A stretch of DNA of 64,000 nt from Spizellomyces punctatus DAOM BR117 (Eukaryota): assembly GCA_000182565.2 (NCBI GenBank), contig KQ257455.1; one strand, written 5' to 3'. Made by a program: the position numbers and the translations under genes. Position 1 is the first letter of the stretch. The number at the start of each line of letters is the position of its first letter. Positions 28,263-42,328 of the stretch are shown here, one piece after another. The notes beneath the pieces were generated by a model that was given only the letters and a program-made list of their open reading frames with translations, was not told the DNA's origin and made no database searches.

Positions 28263-30405
28263 TCCATGTATCTAAGTACAGAGACAGTCAAAAGAGCAGC
28301 GAGAGGTTATGCGCTATGGTGAAAAGCGTGTAAATATGAAGAGAAAGGAATGTAATGCAAATGAAGATCGAGGCAAAACGGTCTCGTCGTGCGATGGCTT
28401 GGCTCATGCTTAGGTAATCTCCTCCGATGAGCACTCTTGGCCTTGGTTATTGCGAATCATTGTTATTCTTTGATAGAACGATATTGGAAGTCTTTATCCT
28501 CGTCTGAACAAAAACGGTTGCAGACAGCCAAAGTTAACCCCGGAGGATACAACAAAGTTATCGGTCTCTCAAATCCCTCAGTACACAATCTACCTTGCGC
28601 CATCCGACTTGTCTTTCAATGACATCAACTCGAGTTAAACTGAGGCGTCTCGATAGCGCAGTACTGGTGTGCATATCAAAACCAGAGATCGACCGATAAA
28701 CCATCCACTTGTTTTGTCGATACACTGGAAGGGCGACAAGTTCTTCGAACTCTATACTACCCTACCCCAGCGATTCTAATTATCAACTCGAGATGGAACG
28801 AATCCTCAGACCACCCTGAAGGACTTCACGCCATCCCTTAGTCTGTTGCGGGAACACGAAAGCGCTTGCGTACGAGAGGCAGAAGAAAGAATTAACGCTA
28901 TATCTTAGCATTCGCGATATCCCGCGACGAAGCGCATGTTTAGCTCAAGCGGAGCTTATTCAGAGTCATTCCTCACACAAGCAGCCAAAGCACTAGTGCA
29001 GCCCAGACAGAACTTACCAATCAATCCCACAACTGAGCGCGACGTGAAGTCTCTCGATGAGTAGCTACTTCAGTGTTTTCTCGTGAATTCTCAATCGCAA
29101 GGGCCTTTGCATCTGCAGCACACCAACTTCAACGGAGAGGTAGCAACCGTCGCAGTAACTAACCTTTTCTGCAAGCTCATCTACTAGTTTGAGAGTTATC
29201 TTCAACACATCAGACTTAACTTTCATAGAAACATCTGCAAGTCTACCCATTTATCAAGTGGATCAGACTCGAATCCGAATAGCACACAACAGTTTTGATT
29301 GGGAAAACATTAAAGAATCCTTCCTTCTTCCTACGGTCACTCAAGCGAACCATCCTTCATGATGAGGATTAAACTCTGAGCTGTCAAGCAAAGAGACTAC
29401 TGTCCAGCTCCCGAATACAATAGATTGGACAAGTTTTGTCATACTGTACCTACCATGGCTAAAGAAGAAGACGTTCGAGGGACGTACTGCTTGGATCACA
29501 AAACTAGTCTTACGGTGCAATCGCCATTGCCATATGCGCTGCAGGCCTTCAAATGGTCGATTCTCTTTCACTTTCTGAAATGTAGAAGCGTCCATGGCGT
29601 GTGGAATGAGCACTAACCCATGACAAGAATAGTAACGAGTGACCAAAATGAGATGAAAAGACAGGTGGACAAGGGGCTGGGAAGAAGTGTACAACGGCAC
29701 TAACGATGCCTGTGTTAACGGTGGCAAGTTTGGCATAGGGTTGATAACTGCGCACAACTGGTTGAATCAACAAAGAACTGACCTACCACACTCCCCTAGC
29801 GGCATGATCAGAAACTGACGTGTACATTGTTTTCTGGCATATGCTTTCTATTCTGGTATCTATCTTAATATTCACTGATTAGTAGCCCTTGGTTAAGTTT
29901 TGTTTTTTATCGCTGGTGCGGTTCGGTGGAAGCGCTGACAAAGAAAGATGAACCATTTGCTCCATGTGCTGCTGGCATATATAGCCAACCTTTCATGTTA
30001 AACTGTTCGTGGCGGATGCATAAGATCGATTGTTGCCTTTACGAATGCTGTTTCCCTCGTAACATAAAGCTAGACAGATTCCACCAATCGTTGCGAATGC
30101 TAACTTTCTTCACGTTTATCGCTGGTACAAACAAAAGACGGCACAGCAAACGACGCAGTTCCCGATCGAAGTACCCACTCTTTAGGGATTTTGAAAAGGC
30201 ATTGATCTAGCGCAAAATGGTATGAAAACAGTTAACAAGAAAAAAGAAAAAGAGGAGACGTCAAGGTTCTGCGCAGTCGAAGCAGTAGCGTATGTTATTT
30301 GAAAACAAAAACCTATATCCGATCAGAAGCCAATGATAAAATTATAATGCATCTAAAAAGTAAATTTACAAAAAGTGAAAGGATTATCGTGCCAGTCAAT
30401 TTGTC

Positions 30406-33400
30406 CTAAACCCGAGGCTCGCTCGATCCAAATTCTACGACACTCGCGAGTTCTCGAACAAGCATTTTACCAAGAGTGTTCCAATTGGCTCTGATCACTT
30501 GCTCCTCACGTCGACCATACCGGTGTCGACTCTGTTGCCGAGCCCATATCGCCCACTTCAAATACTTATGTAGCCATTCTTTCAACTCAATTAATACTCG
30601 CATCTCATGTACAGAGGATACGTTAACGCGAATCCAGGCATCAATAAGGAAGCCCGCTGCACCCGCGGTTGCAGGTTTCACACTACCAGGGTCAGCGAAC
30701 AAGATGAGGGCAATAGGATCGGCCCGAGTGGTATTTCGTAGGTACAGTCCCATGTCAACGCGTTGCTTCTCTTGGAAGGAAAGCAATCGTGGCGGAAGAG
30801 GGGGAACTGTAGCAGAGTTGGAAATATCATCCAAGGTAGAATCATCATCGTCATCTGGAATATTGTCATAATCGAACACATCCGAGGTTGCGGCCGATCC
30901 GGCAGGTGTTCCTCGTCCGCTGTTCACACCGCCTTGCCCTCTGGCAGCCTGGCCAGCCGAATTTACAACGCCTTTCCAACTGTTCACGCTGCTCCCCGTT
31001 AATCTGAGTTTTGAGTCGGTACGGGAATAGTACTCATCTTTGCCTGCAACCTCCGCCACATTCGGATAGAGGGCACCGCAAAGGATCGCGCGAACCATTG
31101 ACGTGTTACTTGCAAACGTGTTATAATCACCACCGCCCATCTCGTCATCCGTAGAGTTACGATCAAAGTCGGTGCGAAACCGGCTCCGCTTGTCCACTAG
31201 GCCCGCATCTTCGAGGTTCCGGAGCAATTGTTGTCGTGCCCTCTCGATATTAGCCATACTATTGTAGTGCAGAAAATTGGCACGCGCGAAATCCTTCGCT
31301 TGGGGTATGAAGGACCGGTGAGATCCACCATAGGTATCTGCGACTTCCTTCCACATACGGAACGCATTCAACATGGTCAAATGGTCACTCTCCGTTCCGA
31401 CAGCAAATTTTGATAAAATATGGGCTCGACCTTTCTCTTTCTCTTCGGGGTGGATGGAAAAGATACCTCGTCCAATTTCCATACCACCAGCGATGGTCAA
31501 GATCGGATCAAGACATCCCAGCATAGCAGCTTCAATCACCATCTTTCCAATCCATGGATCTACTGGCATTTTGGACAGAACGTGCCCAAGCGTGGTCAAA
31601 TTTTCCTCTTCATTAATTGCACCTAGCGTTCGGAGCTCCTGCAATGCTCTTGAAACGTTGACAGGGGACGGTGGTTGGGGTGCGTGTGAGAACACGTCTG
31701 CACAGTGTCTTGCTAGTCTGAGAGCCTTCACTTTCAGCACAGTTGATTGCAAGTCTACTCGAAGAAGCTCAGGTGGCATAGAATAGGAGAGCTTCGCTTT
31801 CCGTCGGTGTGATAACACCGAAAAGTACATTCCAGGTCGACATCGACCCGCACGACCCGAACGCTAAGGATTGCTCGCATGAGTGAGTGTCACTTTCGAA
31901 TAGGCGTTGCCTGCAAAGCTCACCTGGCGTAAATTGGACAGACTAGCCCAGACTGAACTTAAAGATGAAATTCGTCGATCTGCATCGTATGAATTGATAC
32001 GAATTTTTCCAGAATCAATAACATACACAACATCATTGATCTGATGAAGAAACCTCGTTACTAAGAGTGAAAGGGCCTCAATCCAAACAGCAGTCTACCC
32101 ACCGTAACACTTGTTTCGGCGATATTGGTAGATAAAATGATCTTCCTCACACCTTCAGGTGGCGTTTCAAAAATCAACTGCTGTGCACTGGTTGGGATGG
32201 ACGAATGAAGAGGGAAGATCTTGAACCTTGACTCATCAGCAAATCCAACACGAAAGTTGTCCTCGTCCTTCAGCCGTTGCATAAGGACATCAATCTCTTG
32301 CCATCCAGGCAGGAAGCACAGAATCGCACCATCGTCCCGCGTGGTGCAGATATGCGCTATCAGTGCTTCGAAATAGTCATACGGCATCGGATCTTCCCCT
32401 CGAGGAGGAATCAGCGGCCCGGTCTCATTTGAAACCCAGTGCAGTGACTCTTTGCTTGGCCGAAATGGTACGGGCAGTGCACGGGAGTCACGCAGCAATA
32501 CTTCAACGTCTTCCAGAAAGTACTGCTCGACCGGGAACATCCGGCCAGGGACGCTAATAATTGGCGGTGCATTTTGAGGGCCTTCGGTTCCGAAGCCAAT
32601 GAAATAGTCCTGAAAGAGTTGTGTCTCTGCTGTGGCTGACATTAGAATGACGCGGATATCTGGCCTCTTTTGGAGGAGTTGACGGACAATGATCAAAAGC
32701 AGATCAGTATTCAAGTCACGTTCATGGACTTCATCCAAAATAATATGTGTGACATTCTTCAGCTGCGGGTCTTCCTGAAGACGCTTGAGTAAAATCCCCG
32801 ATGTGCAGAAAACTACATGATAATGCGGCATTTAGTGTAGAAAATAGCATGCAACCTTCACGCCCTCACACTTACCGATATGCCCGTCTCTAGGGTCGGC
32901 GGTTGGTCTCTTGTTGTCGAACCGCACCTGATAACCTATAGCGCTCTCCCGCCCGAGGACCTCCCCACGTTCGTACGCCACCCGTTGCGCAACTGATATT
33001 GCAGCAATCCGCCTCGGTTGAGTCACGACAATATTCGCAGGTGTAGGCGATTCTTCCATACTGGCCATAGCGCGCTGTTGCTTGAAGTGGGCGAGGATAA
33101 ACTGAGGTAGCTGCGTCGTCTTACCCGCACCGGTTTCAGCAGATAGGATCGTCACTGGATTATTCTCAATTGCGCAAATGATCTCGCGATACTGAGTGAA
33201 GATCGGGAGCTCGTTGTTTTTGAGTTCACGGGGAATAGGAATGTCCATAGGGCGAAACCTTCGGGTTGATCCTCGGAAATCCCTGTATGGCGGCTGTACA
33301 GAAAGTCCAGGTTGGTTCCCGAAGCCAAGCGACGCTTCGACAGCACCGCTATCGACAAGGTGCTCCTCAAACTGAAATGCATTTACGTCTTTCAACTGAG

Positions 33401-34901
33401 ATAACATGTTATCTAATCGGGTAAGCGTCGACTCGGTGAGTTCCACTCGAATGGGCTGAGCAAGAAGGGTCTGCAAGCGCTTCTTCAACGGAATCGACAG
33501 CAATCTGAAAGCATCGATGTATTCCTGCGACACAATGGCAAGCAAGTGGGCGCAAAGATGGTTCCATGCTTTGACAGTGGCTATCTTTTTACTTTTCCCA
33601 TGACCAACTGCTGTTATTGGTTGTACATCTCGACCTTCAAATACATGAGCTGCTAGACGAAGGCGAACTTCCCAACGACCCTGCTCGTGCCTTTTTTGAG
33701 GAATATGCCGCAATACAGGCTTGGGGACAGTCAGCTTGTTGCCATTGCAATAAAATGCGATCAGCTTTTTTTCGGCGTCATCCACGTCATCCGGTAACTT
33801 TGCTTTGGGAGATGGCGGACGAAGGTATTCCGGTTCCGCTCGATGTACATGATGCTGCTGATATTGTGGTTGCTGCTGCATGGATGAGCGGCTAAAATAG
33901 TCACTGCTCGGCGCTTGCCGATAGTCGTGGGTGGAAGATCCTGATCGCCAACTTGACGATCCCGCTCGACTTCCTCTCACGTTCGGTGCTTCCAAATGGC
34001 CCCATGTCTCGCCATGCAAATGAGTCCATTCATCCTCACGCAATCCATAGAAATGCGATAATGGCCCATCGTGCGGACTAGAGACGGGCTCCGGGCGGTG
34101 CAATCGCTGTTGCTGATATGAAGTATTGGGCCGGTAGCTTGGGCTGTCATCGTCCCATGTAGAACGTCCCCATGACGCGGAAGGCTGCGTTGTACCGCGT
34201 GGTGGTGTAATGGCAGGACGACTTGCCCAACTGACCTGGTCTTCGTCGTCATCCCAGGCGGATTTCACTGGTGCTCGGCTATCCCGCAGAAAACTTAGCG
34301 GCGCAATGGGTTGAGTTGGAATAGGTTTGACGGGCATGCGTTCCCAAGTGTCTGGTGGCGGTTGCCGCTGTCGGGGTCCTGGTGGTGCGCGTGATCTCGC
34401 ACTATGCTGATGTGATCCATCTCGCCTAGGTCTTTTCGCTCCTTCGGCAGCAGCCAGCCAACCCTCCCGCTCTATCTGATCCCTTACCAAACGCAATAGG
34501 TTTTGACGGGCGGTCTTTTTGTTCGTTCCTTCTGCCGTCACGACGAACGGCGATCCTGTCGGAGTGGGGACTTCAAGGTGGGCAATAAAATATTGCTGTA
34601 CTCCACCACCGCGGACGGATTGAGGTGTACGGTGTTCCTCAAACTGAAAGTCTGCTGCTGTTCGCAAGGAACTAAAGTATTTCTGCACAATGCGAAGATC
34701 ACCAGTCATATCCGCGGGTTCAGCTGAAGAGCCACTACTAGTTGGAAACTGAGGTAGGGAGGCAAACGCAGGGGACGACGCATGCCGCGTCGGAGGTCGA
34801 GTGACCGAGGAGGTAGGTTGGGAATGGCGTGGTGAGTCCCGGTTTGAAAGGGGTCCGTCCGGCCGCTTTGACGAAGGGTGGCGACGATGATATCTGCTCA
34901 T
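30406..34901 (-). CDS. DExH-box RNA helicase (DHX9/DHX30/DHX36 group) with two predicted N-terminal dsRBD-like domains
   Basis: ETGAGKTTQLPQ, TQPRRIAAISVA, DEVHERD, MSAT, FLPGW, PLHS, STNIAETS, QRSGRAGR, plus HA2/OB region. dsRBD-like segments end in EGTNKKTARQN and GHGKSKKIATVKAW. Confidence 0.85.
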
Positions 34902-35221
34902 TGCACTGGTAAAACTCTTGCAGTTGGCGAATGAAAGGATAAGAACTGTCGGTCGCGAGCCTCGCACAGTCGCGGATGCAAGGTCAAGAGTGAGATTAGG
35001 AAATATATAGATGCCCCGTGGCCGAGCAAACCTATTCATAACGCAGGCTGTATGAAGCTATTGTAAACCGCAATGTCAACGTAAAAATGCAGATTTGGGC
35101 GGTAGCGGAGGGTGGAAATGGCAAGCCAGACATTGGGTGCAAATGGCACTGGAGCAAAAACGGAAGCTGCAAAACCAAAGCTTTGGCGACTTTTACAGTG
35201 ATGGCTGACATCAGCATTTCT

Positions 35222-35246
35222 ATTGCCATAGTAACATATCACGTGA
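35222..35246. promoter_or_regulatory. X-box-like palindrome next to a TCACGTGA E-box upstream of the helicase
   Basis: ATTGCCATAGTAAC at 35222-35235 and TCACGTGA at 35239-35246. Confidence 0.35.
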
Positions 35247-35415
35247 AGCGCAGCACTCTTCGAGTCTAACGCAACGTCTGCCTTCCGTCGAGTCGTTGGC
35301 AGTCTTTGGGCTATTTGGTCATTCTCCACACACACGTTCCATCCACGTTCTGCAGCGTCCATATCAGATCGTTCAAAGTATCGTAACTGATCCCATGCAA
35401 AAGTTTAGAGTCATC

Positions 35416-36241
35416 TTAAAAAGTAGATCCTTCGGGAGGCTGCGACAGCTTCTTGTGCGCAGGATTCGCCATCTCGCTAAAAGACCCGAAGCGTAAATGA
35501 ATCGCTTGCAAATGATAAAGAGATAACCTGACAAGACCCTTACCGTCGCAACTCGGCGAGCACAGTTTCTATTGTATAATGCCTCTTCCAGCTATCTAAA
35601 CACCCCAATCGCTCGACCTACCAATATGATATTTTCGTTGATCAATAATGAAACCCCTCAATAATGTCGCATAGAATTTTCGTGTGCCAACTCACCTTGC
35701 CATTTTGCTGGTTGACCCACGGCAGATTGATACGGGAAACAAACGAAACGGTGGGGGGACGGTCAGGGTATTCGGGACCGCAGAAGATCCTAAGACTGTA
35801 GATGCGGTTCTCGTGTACCGTCTAGATTATGACCATCGCAGAAAGGAATTAGCTTGCATCCTTTTTTTCGGCAAGTGTTTGGCTCCCTAGAGAACGCACA
35901 TGCCCAGGCCCAATGATTGTCCCATTCCAGTTTGACATCATAGTATCCTCTCCATCAGCGAGACCATAACTGATCGTTCCGTCACCAATACCCTTTTCAC
36001 CCTTTTCCAACTCCTCGAGGAGCCGAAAATTACGAGGTACTAGATGTGGTAATCGGTCGTGATGGATGCGCGTCAAGTCAATTTGAGCAGCGAGGTAGAG
36101 CAAGATGGAGAGAGAGAGCGTGTGTGTATCGTATTAGAATATGTGACGGTACGCACGCATTTCCATACAAGAATCACCAAAAGCATTTAGCAAGCACCAC
36201 AGCGAGATAAACCGCGCAAGTTCCCGCGTACCTTTGGCCAT
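35416..36241 (-). CDS. MMS2: Ubiquitin-conjugating enzyme variant Mms2/UEV1
   Basis: [63 protein letters not shown]. Confidence 0.95.
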
Positions 36242-36553
36242 TTTCAAAAAGTGGGGAGTGGACCCTTTTGCAGGTAGTGGAATCAAAAGGTCAAACCACA
36301 CAAAAAGGTCAGTAGCCCGCGATATGCACCAAAAAGAAGATGATTCAAAAAAACAAAGGCGATCAGATTGTTTTTAAACGACTTGCTACGAATCAAATCC
36401 CAGAAGGAGGCGAAAGGCCGCGTCATTTCCAAATTTCCTAAAACGGTCAAATTGAGTTTTGATCATCGCAAGCGGGGCTTTTGGGGAAGAACGGTTCAAG
36501 TAGAAGCAAGCATTTCTCATCTGCAAGTTTAACAAAAAAACGACTACGAAACA

Positions 36554-37223
36554 ATGGCCGAAACAACCGACTTTGACTACTATGAGGCTTTAAACATTAA
36601 GCCAGACGCCAACGAAGAGGCCATCCGTCAGGCGTACATTAAGGAATCGGTGAGTTTAAGGTGGTGATGGAGCGCATCTAGAAGGAGGAGTGGCTGACCG
36701 CACGCTTTTTGCAGCTCAAATGGCATCCCGACCGTAACCCTGCTCCTGAAGCCACATCAAAGTTTCAGCAAATCGCGCAGGCATACTTTGTCCTCAGCGA
36801 CAAGGATCGTCGCAGTGCTTATGACAGGGCTCGCCGTGAACACAAGCGGTTCGGCATGGACGAGAATGTGGACGCTTCGTCCATTTTCGGAAACGTCTTT
36901 GACGAACTCCTTGTCCCCGAAGTTCCCAATCCCATTTGGTTCTGGGAGCCTGTTGGTGGAATAGCTGGTTTTATGATGGGGTGCGTCTACTATTGCTACT
37001 TTTCGTTTTGGCTCGTAAGTCCCTTACTTACCGGCTGTGAAATAGTTTCATCGTCTTCAATATTCCCGGTGCAATCTTTGGTGCTTACACAGGGAAGAAA
37101 TTGGGAAAAGTTCGTGACATGAAAGGTGTGTCCGTGTACGAGGCTTTTGCCAAGCTCGGCAAGGACCGAAAGGCGGAAATTCTCTCCCACCTTGCGCAAA
37201 AGATGTTCAGCAAGGGCTTGTGA
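36554..37223 (+). CDS. Small DnaJ-domain protein with a glycine-rich hydrophobic segment
   Basis: DYYEAL...KWHPDRNP...KFQQIAQAYFVLSD, FGNVFDELLVPEV, GKVRDMKGVSVYEAF. Confidence 0.85.
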
Positions 37224-37469
37224 GAGATGTCATTGGGTGGGTTATTCCTCATGGTTTTAGTAATAGATGAAAGACCTCATGGCACCTTGAAGATGTGGGA
37301 AAAAAACTTGTGGGTAATAGCAGTGGGGCGTTTAATGGGTATATATGGTTAGTCGACATTTTCATAGTGGGCTTTTGTCGCAAGTAGACAGAATCACAAG
37401 TTGGCGTATGTGTGTCCGCGGTTTAAGAACATATTATAAAAATGAAAATGAAATACAATCTTTCACGGT

Positions 37470-38740
37470 TTAGCTGCTTGCTTTCATTTGCGCAATATAC
37501 GTCGGACTGACGTTATCGTACTCTGCCAGGAATAGCTGTTGTTGGTGCGCTTGCATCCACCTGGAGGCAAAACAAAATGGTCAAAGGCCAGGCATGGGAT
37601 CAAAATATCGCAGCGACATACTCTAGAATCTGTGTGAATTGGTCTTTCAGCATGTCCACCGCCTCGGGTTCCATGTTCGTATGAGCGAGTAGGGTGGGGA
37701 AATTCACTGCAAACATGGACAATAAACCTCTATAAATCGAAAAAAGCAGACACTTTCCTCCCGTTTAACTCACCAAATAGGCGCAAAAGATGCTCAGCTC
37801 CATATAACTCGGCCATTGACTTGTCCGGAAACTTCTTCTTCATTTCCACATATTGCTGTCGCTCAAAGCGATATAAAAGAAGATTGCCAAGGGCGCGCTC
37901 AAAGTATAAAACTATTCCATCGAGCACTTCTTGAACGATATCATCATCCCTGCCATCAGATTCCCTGGTTACTATAACCAGTCTAACGATTGCCAGGCCA
38001 TGTTCCGACATACCCTTCTTTCGCTCCTTTCTTGCCCTTCCCTTCCTTTAAAGATTCTCGGTATCGCTGCAGGACATCCACCACATTGACTTCACGCGGA
38101 AGTCTCACCAACTACGCGCCCAATAGATGCCGGCACATTAGCATCTACTCAAAGCACCGTTTCCGGGGTCCTAGCGTGAATGTTCACCTTTTGACTCTTT
38201 GTCACATTCTCCCAGTCCTCAATAAGCTGACTCTTTAACGACTCTGGTATCGATATTTTGATCTCTGGCCGCCTCAGAAACTCTTCTTCCCGCTCCGCAG
38301 TCGATTCCCGTGGCCGCTTCCGGTTCTTGTCCCCCTCCTTTTCCTGCTGTCTTTTGCTTTCCTTTGCTTTTTTGGATTTTAGGGATTCTTTAAGGTCGGC
38401 TTGTTTTTTGAGGTTATCTTCTGAATACTTTAGCACGCGTGACTCTGGGACCCATTCATCCCATCTGTTTTTACAAAGCAATGAGCTATCAAGTCTGGCC
38501 GCAAGCGATGGCTGATAAGACCCACGTTTGCTTCCATCCCTTGTAGTGCACAAAATAATACTGGCCATCCTCCTGTCCCTCTTTGCCCACCCAGTTTTCG
38601 GCCTTTAGCACCTGTAAAATAAAGTAAGTTGGACCAATGCAGTGTGCCAACGCATAAGTAGGACAGCATACCTTGGCCTCATACAAAAGAGGTCCGTGAA
38701 AACACAGAATCTGATCGCCTTCTTGGAATGCTAGAGTCAT
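37470..38740 (-). CDS. EAF3: MRG15/Eaf3 chromodomain-MRG protein
   Basis: CFHGPLLYEAK, YFVHYKGWKQTWDEWVPESR, LIEDWENVTK, LLLYRFERQQY, YGAEHLLRLF. Confidence 0.95.
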
Positions 38741-39079
38741 TGGGTAACAAGGAGTTCAGAGTTGGCGAATGCAAAAACCTGATCTCGACCTAGTCCTTTT
38801 GTCCAATCTGGACAAACGCGCGGTTCAAATCCGGACACCCCAACATTTTGCTCACCCAGCCAGCGTTTTTCCCACTTGGTCGCTGAGACATCCCGAATAA
38901 TAAAATAAAGACAAACGAGAACTCGGTGGATAACATTCCATTTTAAACCCTATTATTTCAACGGTATTCACATTGCGCGGGCATCACAACAAGAACAAGC
39001 TTTCTTTTGTACAACAAAAAAGGCAACTCTCAACTACAAAGGTGTAGATGAGAGGTCGATATCGCTACATAATATAATT

Positions 39080-41576
39080 CTATTCTTGGCTGGCTTCACC
39101 GGGCATGATGACCTGAAAGAACCAGGGTATTAATATCGGTAGCAAAGACTTGCAACAAGACAAGCTATACATACATCATCAATCTTGAGAATCATCTTCA
39201 CCAGCTGAGTCGCCAAGTAGAACTGAGAGCGCTTGGAAATAAGCGGGTCAAAAACGTGCTGCTCGCGCATATCTGAAATATTGTAACTGGCTCAGCAAGC
39301 ATTGAATGCACATAACTCTCAAATCAATTCAATACTCACCGTTCGAGCCCTTCAAGTTGCAGTCGATGCCCAAGCGGGAGTTGGCCTCTGTAGCATGCCT
39401 AGATTTCACTTCCGCCAGAGTCTCGATGGGGGACAGACCAGAGTTTTCCGCCAAAGCGAGTGGGATAGCATCCAAAGCAGAAGCAAATCCGCGCATTGCG
39501 TACTGCTCAATGCTGGATACCTGACAAAAAAATCAACTTTATACAGTTGCCACACCAATAACAAAGATGTTATGCTGCATTCTTACCTCATCCGCTGCTG
39601 TAGACACCGCCAATGAGCAGGCAATCTCCGCAGCACCACCTCCGTACACAATGCGATTGTCTCGCACCAGGTTCCGTACGACGCAAATTGCATCATGCAA
39701 ACTTCGCTTTGCCTCGTCAATAATCTTGAGCGGGAAAATATATGAGGGCCTGCTGAACATGTCACGATAACGAACCAGAATCTACCATTTTGTTTCCTCC
39801 ACGCACAAACACAGTCACGGCACGCGTGTTTGCGCATTCTTCAATCACGAGCATGCGATCCTTGGTTGTACCAAAGGACAGTTCCCGTACGATACCCGCC
39901 TTACCCAACTTTTCTGGAGACAGCTCTTCGAAGCGGGGAACGATGCGTCCATTGGTAGCAATGGCAATAAGCTGTGGATAGTCGCTTTCAGTTAGAGTTT
40001 ATAGTTGAGAATACGCGAAGGCACAAGTGGGTACCTCGATTTCCGGTCCTCCAACCCATCGAACAGCGGGCAGCTGATTTTGCAAAAGCAGGTGGTTGGC
40101 CTCATCATCGAATCCCCATTGGCAGATAACGAGATTCGCGCCACAGTCCTTCACTTGTTTAATCATCTCTGCAAACTTGTCCTTTTCGTACTGCTGCAAT
40201 TTTTGGTATTCTTCCACAGATGTGATGTCAAGCTTGTGCTTGGTTTTTGGCTTTGGGGGCTCAAAGGGGCAGGTCAAGATTGCTAGTCGGGCGTCTCGAA
40301 TCTCTTTTGGCATTTGAGGATGCGAGATGTCTTTGTCGACAACAACTCCGTAAACAAGTTTCGAGTCCTGCAGGGATCCTCCAACCTTTCCATCCACCTT
40401 AATCAATTCAAAATCCACATCCTTTCTGTCCAAATCCGCTACCGAAAGAACAGCATCCACTGCCATCTGCGCAAATTGGTCGTGACATTTTGAAACGCTG
40501 ATGGAGTTGGCGAAAGCGTTAACATTTCAAATCAGGCCCTCTGAAGGCATTCAGTACCCACATTTTCGAGCCCAGACATGTTTTCGCCGTTCGCAGCAAG
40601 ATGTCCGTGTTCTCCTTTCCAACAGGGATTTCGTCGGCGATCTTTTCCAATTCCCCAACAGCAACTTGACAAGCCCTCTCAAAACCATCCGAAATTCGAA
40701 TAGGATGAATGCCCTTGTTAAGAAGCTCCTCCGCCTGTTCCAGCAAAGCACCGGCAAGCACTGAAGGAAGTTCAATCAGTACCGTGGTTATGGTTTGCCC
40801 TTCAATCACATTCGCCACACACCAACAACACCAGTCGTTCCATCTCCAATCTCGTCGTCCTGACTCTTTGATAATTGCACTAGTAGTTTAGCGATTTGAT
40901 GCTCCACCTCCATTTGACTCAAGATGGTTGCACCGTCATTTGTGATTGTAATGTCACCGTCGGGAGAGATGAGAATCTTATCAAGTCCTACGGCATGCGC
41001 AAATTCAGCAAATCGCTTGCAACATTACTGCCAAATCCCTTACACTCACCACGGGGACCCAACGACGTCTTGATAATATTTGCGACTGTGCGAGCGGCAA
41101 GAATGTGCGACTGCGAATAAAGAAAGTAGATGAGTTATTACATTGCTTTCAGGCTGTCGCAGCTCCAAATAGAGTCATCTCAATCGAGTTCCGTCATGCG
41201 CTCCCGGATATTGGCCAAACCCCCGTCGCTCCCACAAATGAAACGTGCAGTAAAGCGTCTACGAAGGCAAACCAAAATGGGGCGCAGAGCCCTACAATCC
41301 CGCTTTCGCGTTCTAGATCATCTAGTCCAAACCACCCATGGCTTGCTGCCAACCCCATCTTTGACCAACGAGTTCCTCTCCCCCCAATCTTATCAACCAA
41401 CTCAAATGCTTCCCAATGTCACGTCTAAACGCGAGCTACAATGGACTTGATCTGGATCCACATCACACCTTTTGGGCTTCAATCCCTCGAATGCGCGATT
41501 TCTTGCCCTGCTCACGCAGGATGATGACGGGTCTCCCGTATTCATCAGTAGCGTATACGGCGTTCATTCCGTTCAT
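39080..41576 (-). CDS. CCT5: Chaperonin CCT/TRiC epsilon subunit
   Basis: [72 protein letters not shown]. Confidence 0.95.
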
Positions 41577-42328
41577 GGTAAGCGATGGATGGATGGAAAG
41601 ACGGAAGGATGGATGGATGGATTCTTGAAAGTTGGGCGGATGGATGGGGGGCGAATGACTTGCTGCTGCTGCGCACAGACGCTGGCCAATATCGTGTCTT
41701 TGTCCGACTCGTTCAGACGCGCGTGTATTGGACTATTGGACTTTCCCCTTTTTGTCCCCGAGAACCTTCTCCGCCTGGCCCAACGTAGATGCTTTGACGG
41801 CGTAAGATTGGCTATGGACTACTGCTCATTGTGGACTACGACTCATTGTGTTGTCAGATCGTCTGGGTACATGTTTACCATTCAATATTTGGCTTCATCA
41901 GTGTCGAGATGAGCGCAAAACTGAACTGAATTATGATGTTCTTCAATGCATACATGTCATGTTTTCCGCCTGCCGATTCCACATGATTACAAATGGTCCT
42001 CGCTGCGCATAAGGCTGCTGCGTATAACTAACCTCGATGATGCTCACTCGGATGGCTGGATTGACAGCAAATGTTACCACTTTCGCGGGTGCAGCCATGC
42101 CCAAACCCTGCAGGGATGTTCATCTTAATGCTCCTTTACCATCTGAAAAGGAGCTCATCGTCCTTTTGTGCCAATATCCAAAGACGTTGACCAGACCCAA
42201 TCTGGGCATCAAACGAAATGGAGGGAAATCCGCCCCCCCTTCAATTGAAGCTTACGCGTCAATCCCGCTCGAGTGAGCTCACTTTGCACACCCCCAGCCT
42301 TTTTACGTTCAAACCCCCTACCTCCATA

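Noticed and set aside
38741..38845. tRNA gene
   Set aside because: The T-loop motif is present but the T-stem is broken and there is no matching acceptor or D arm.
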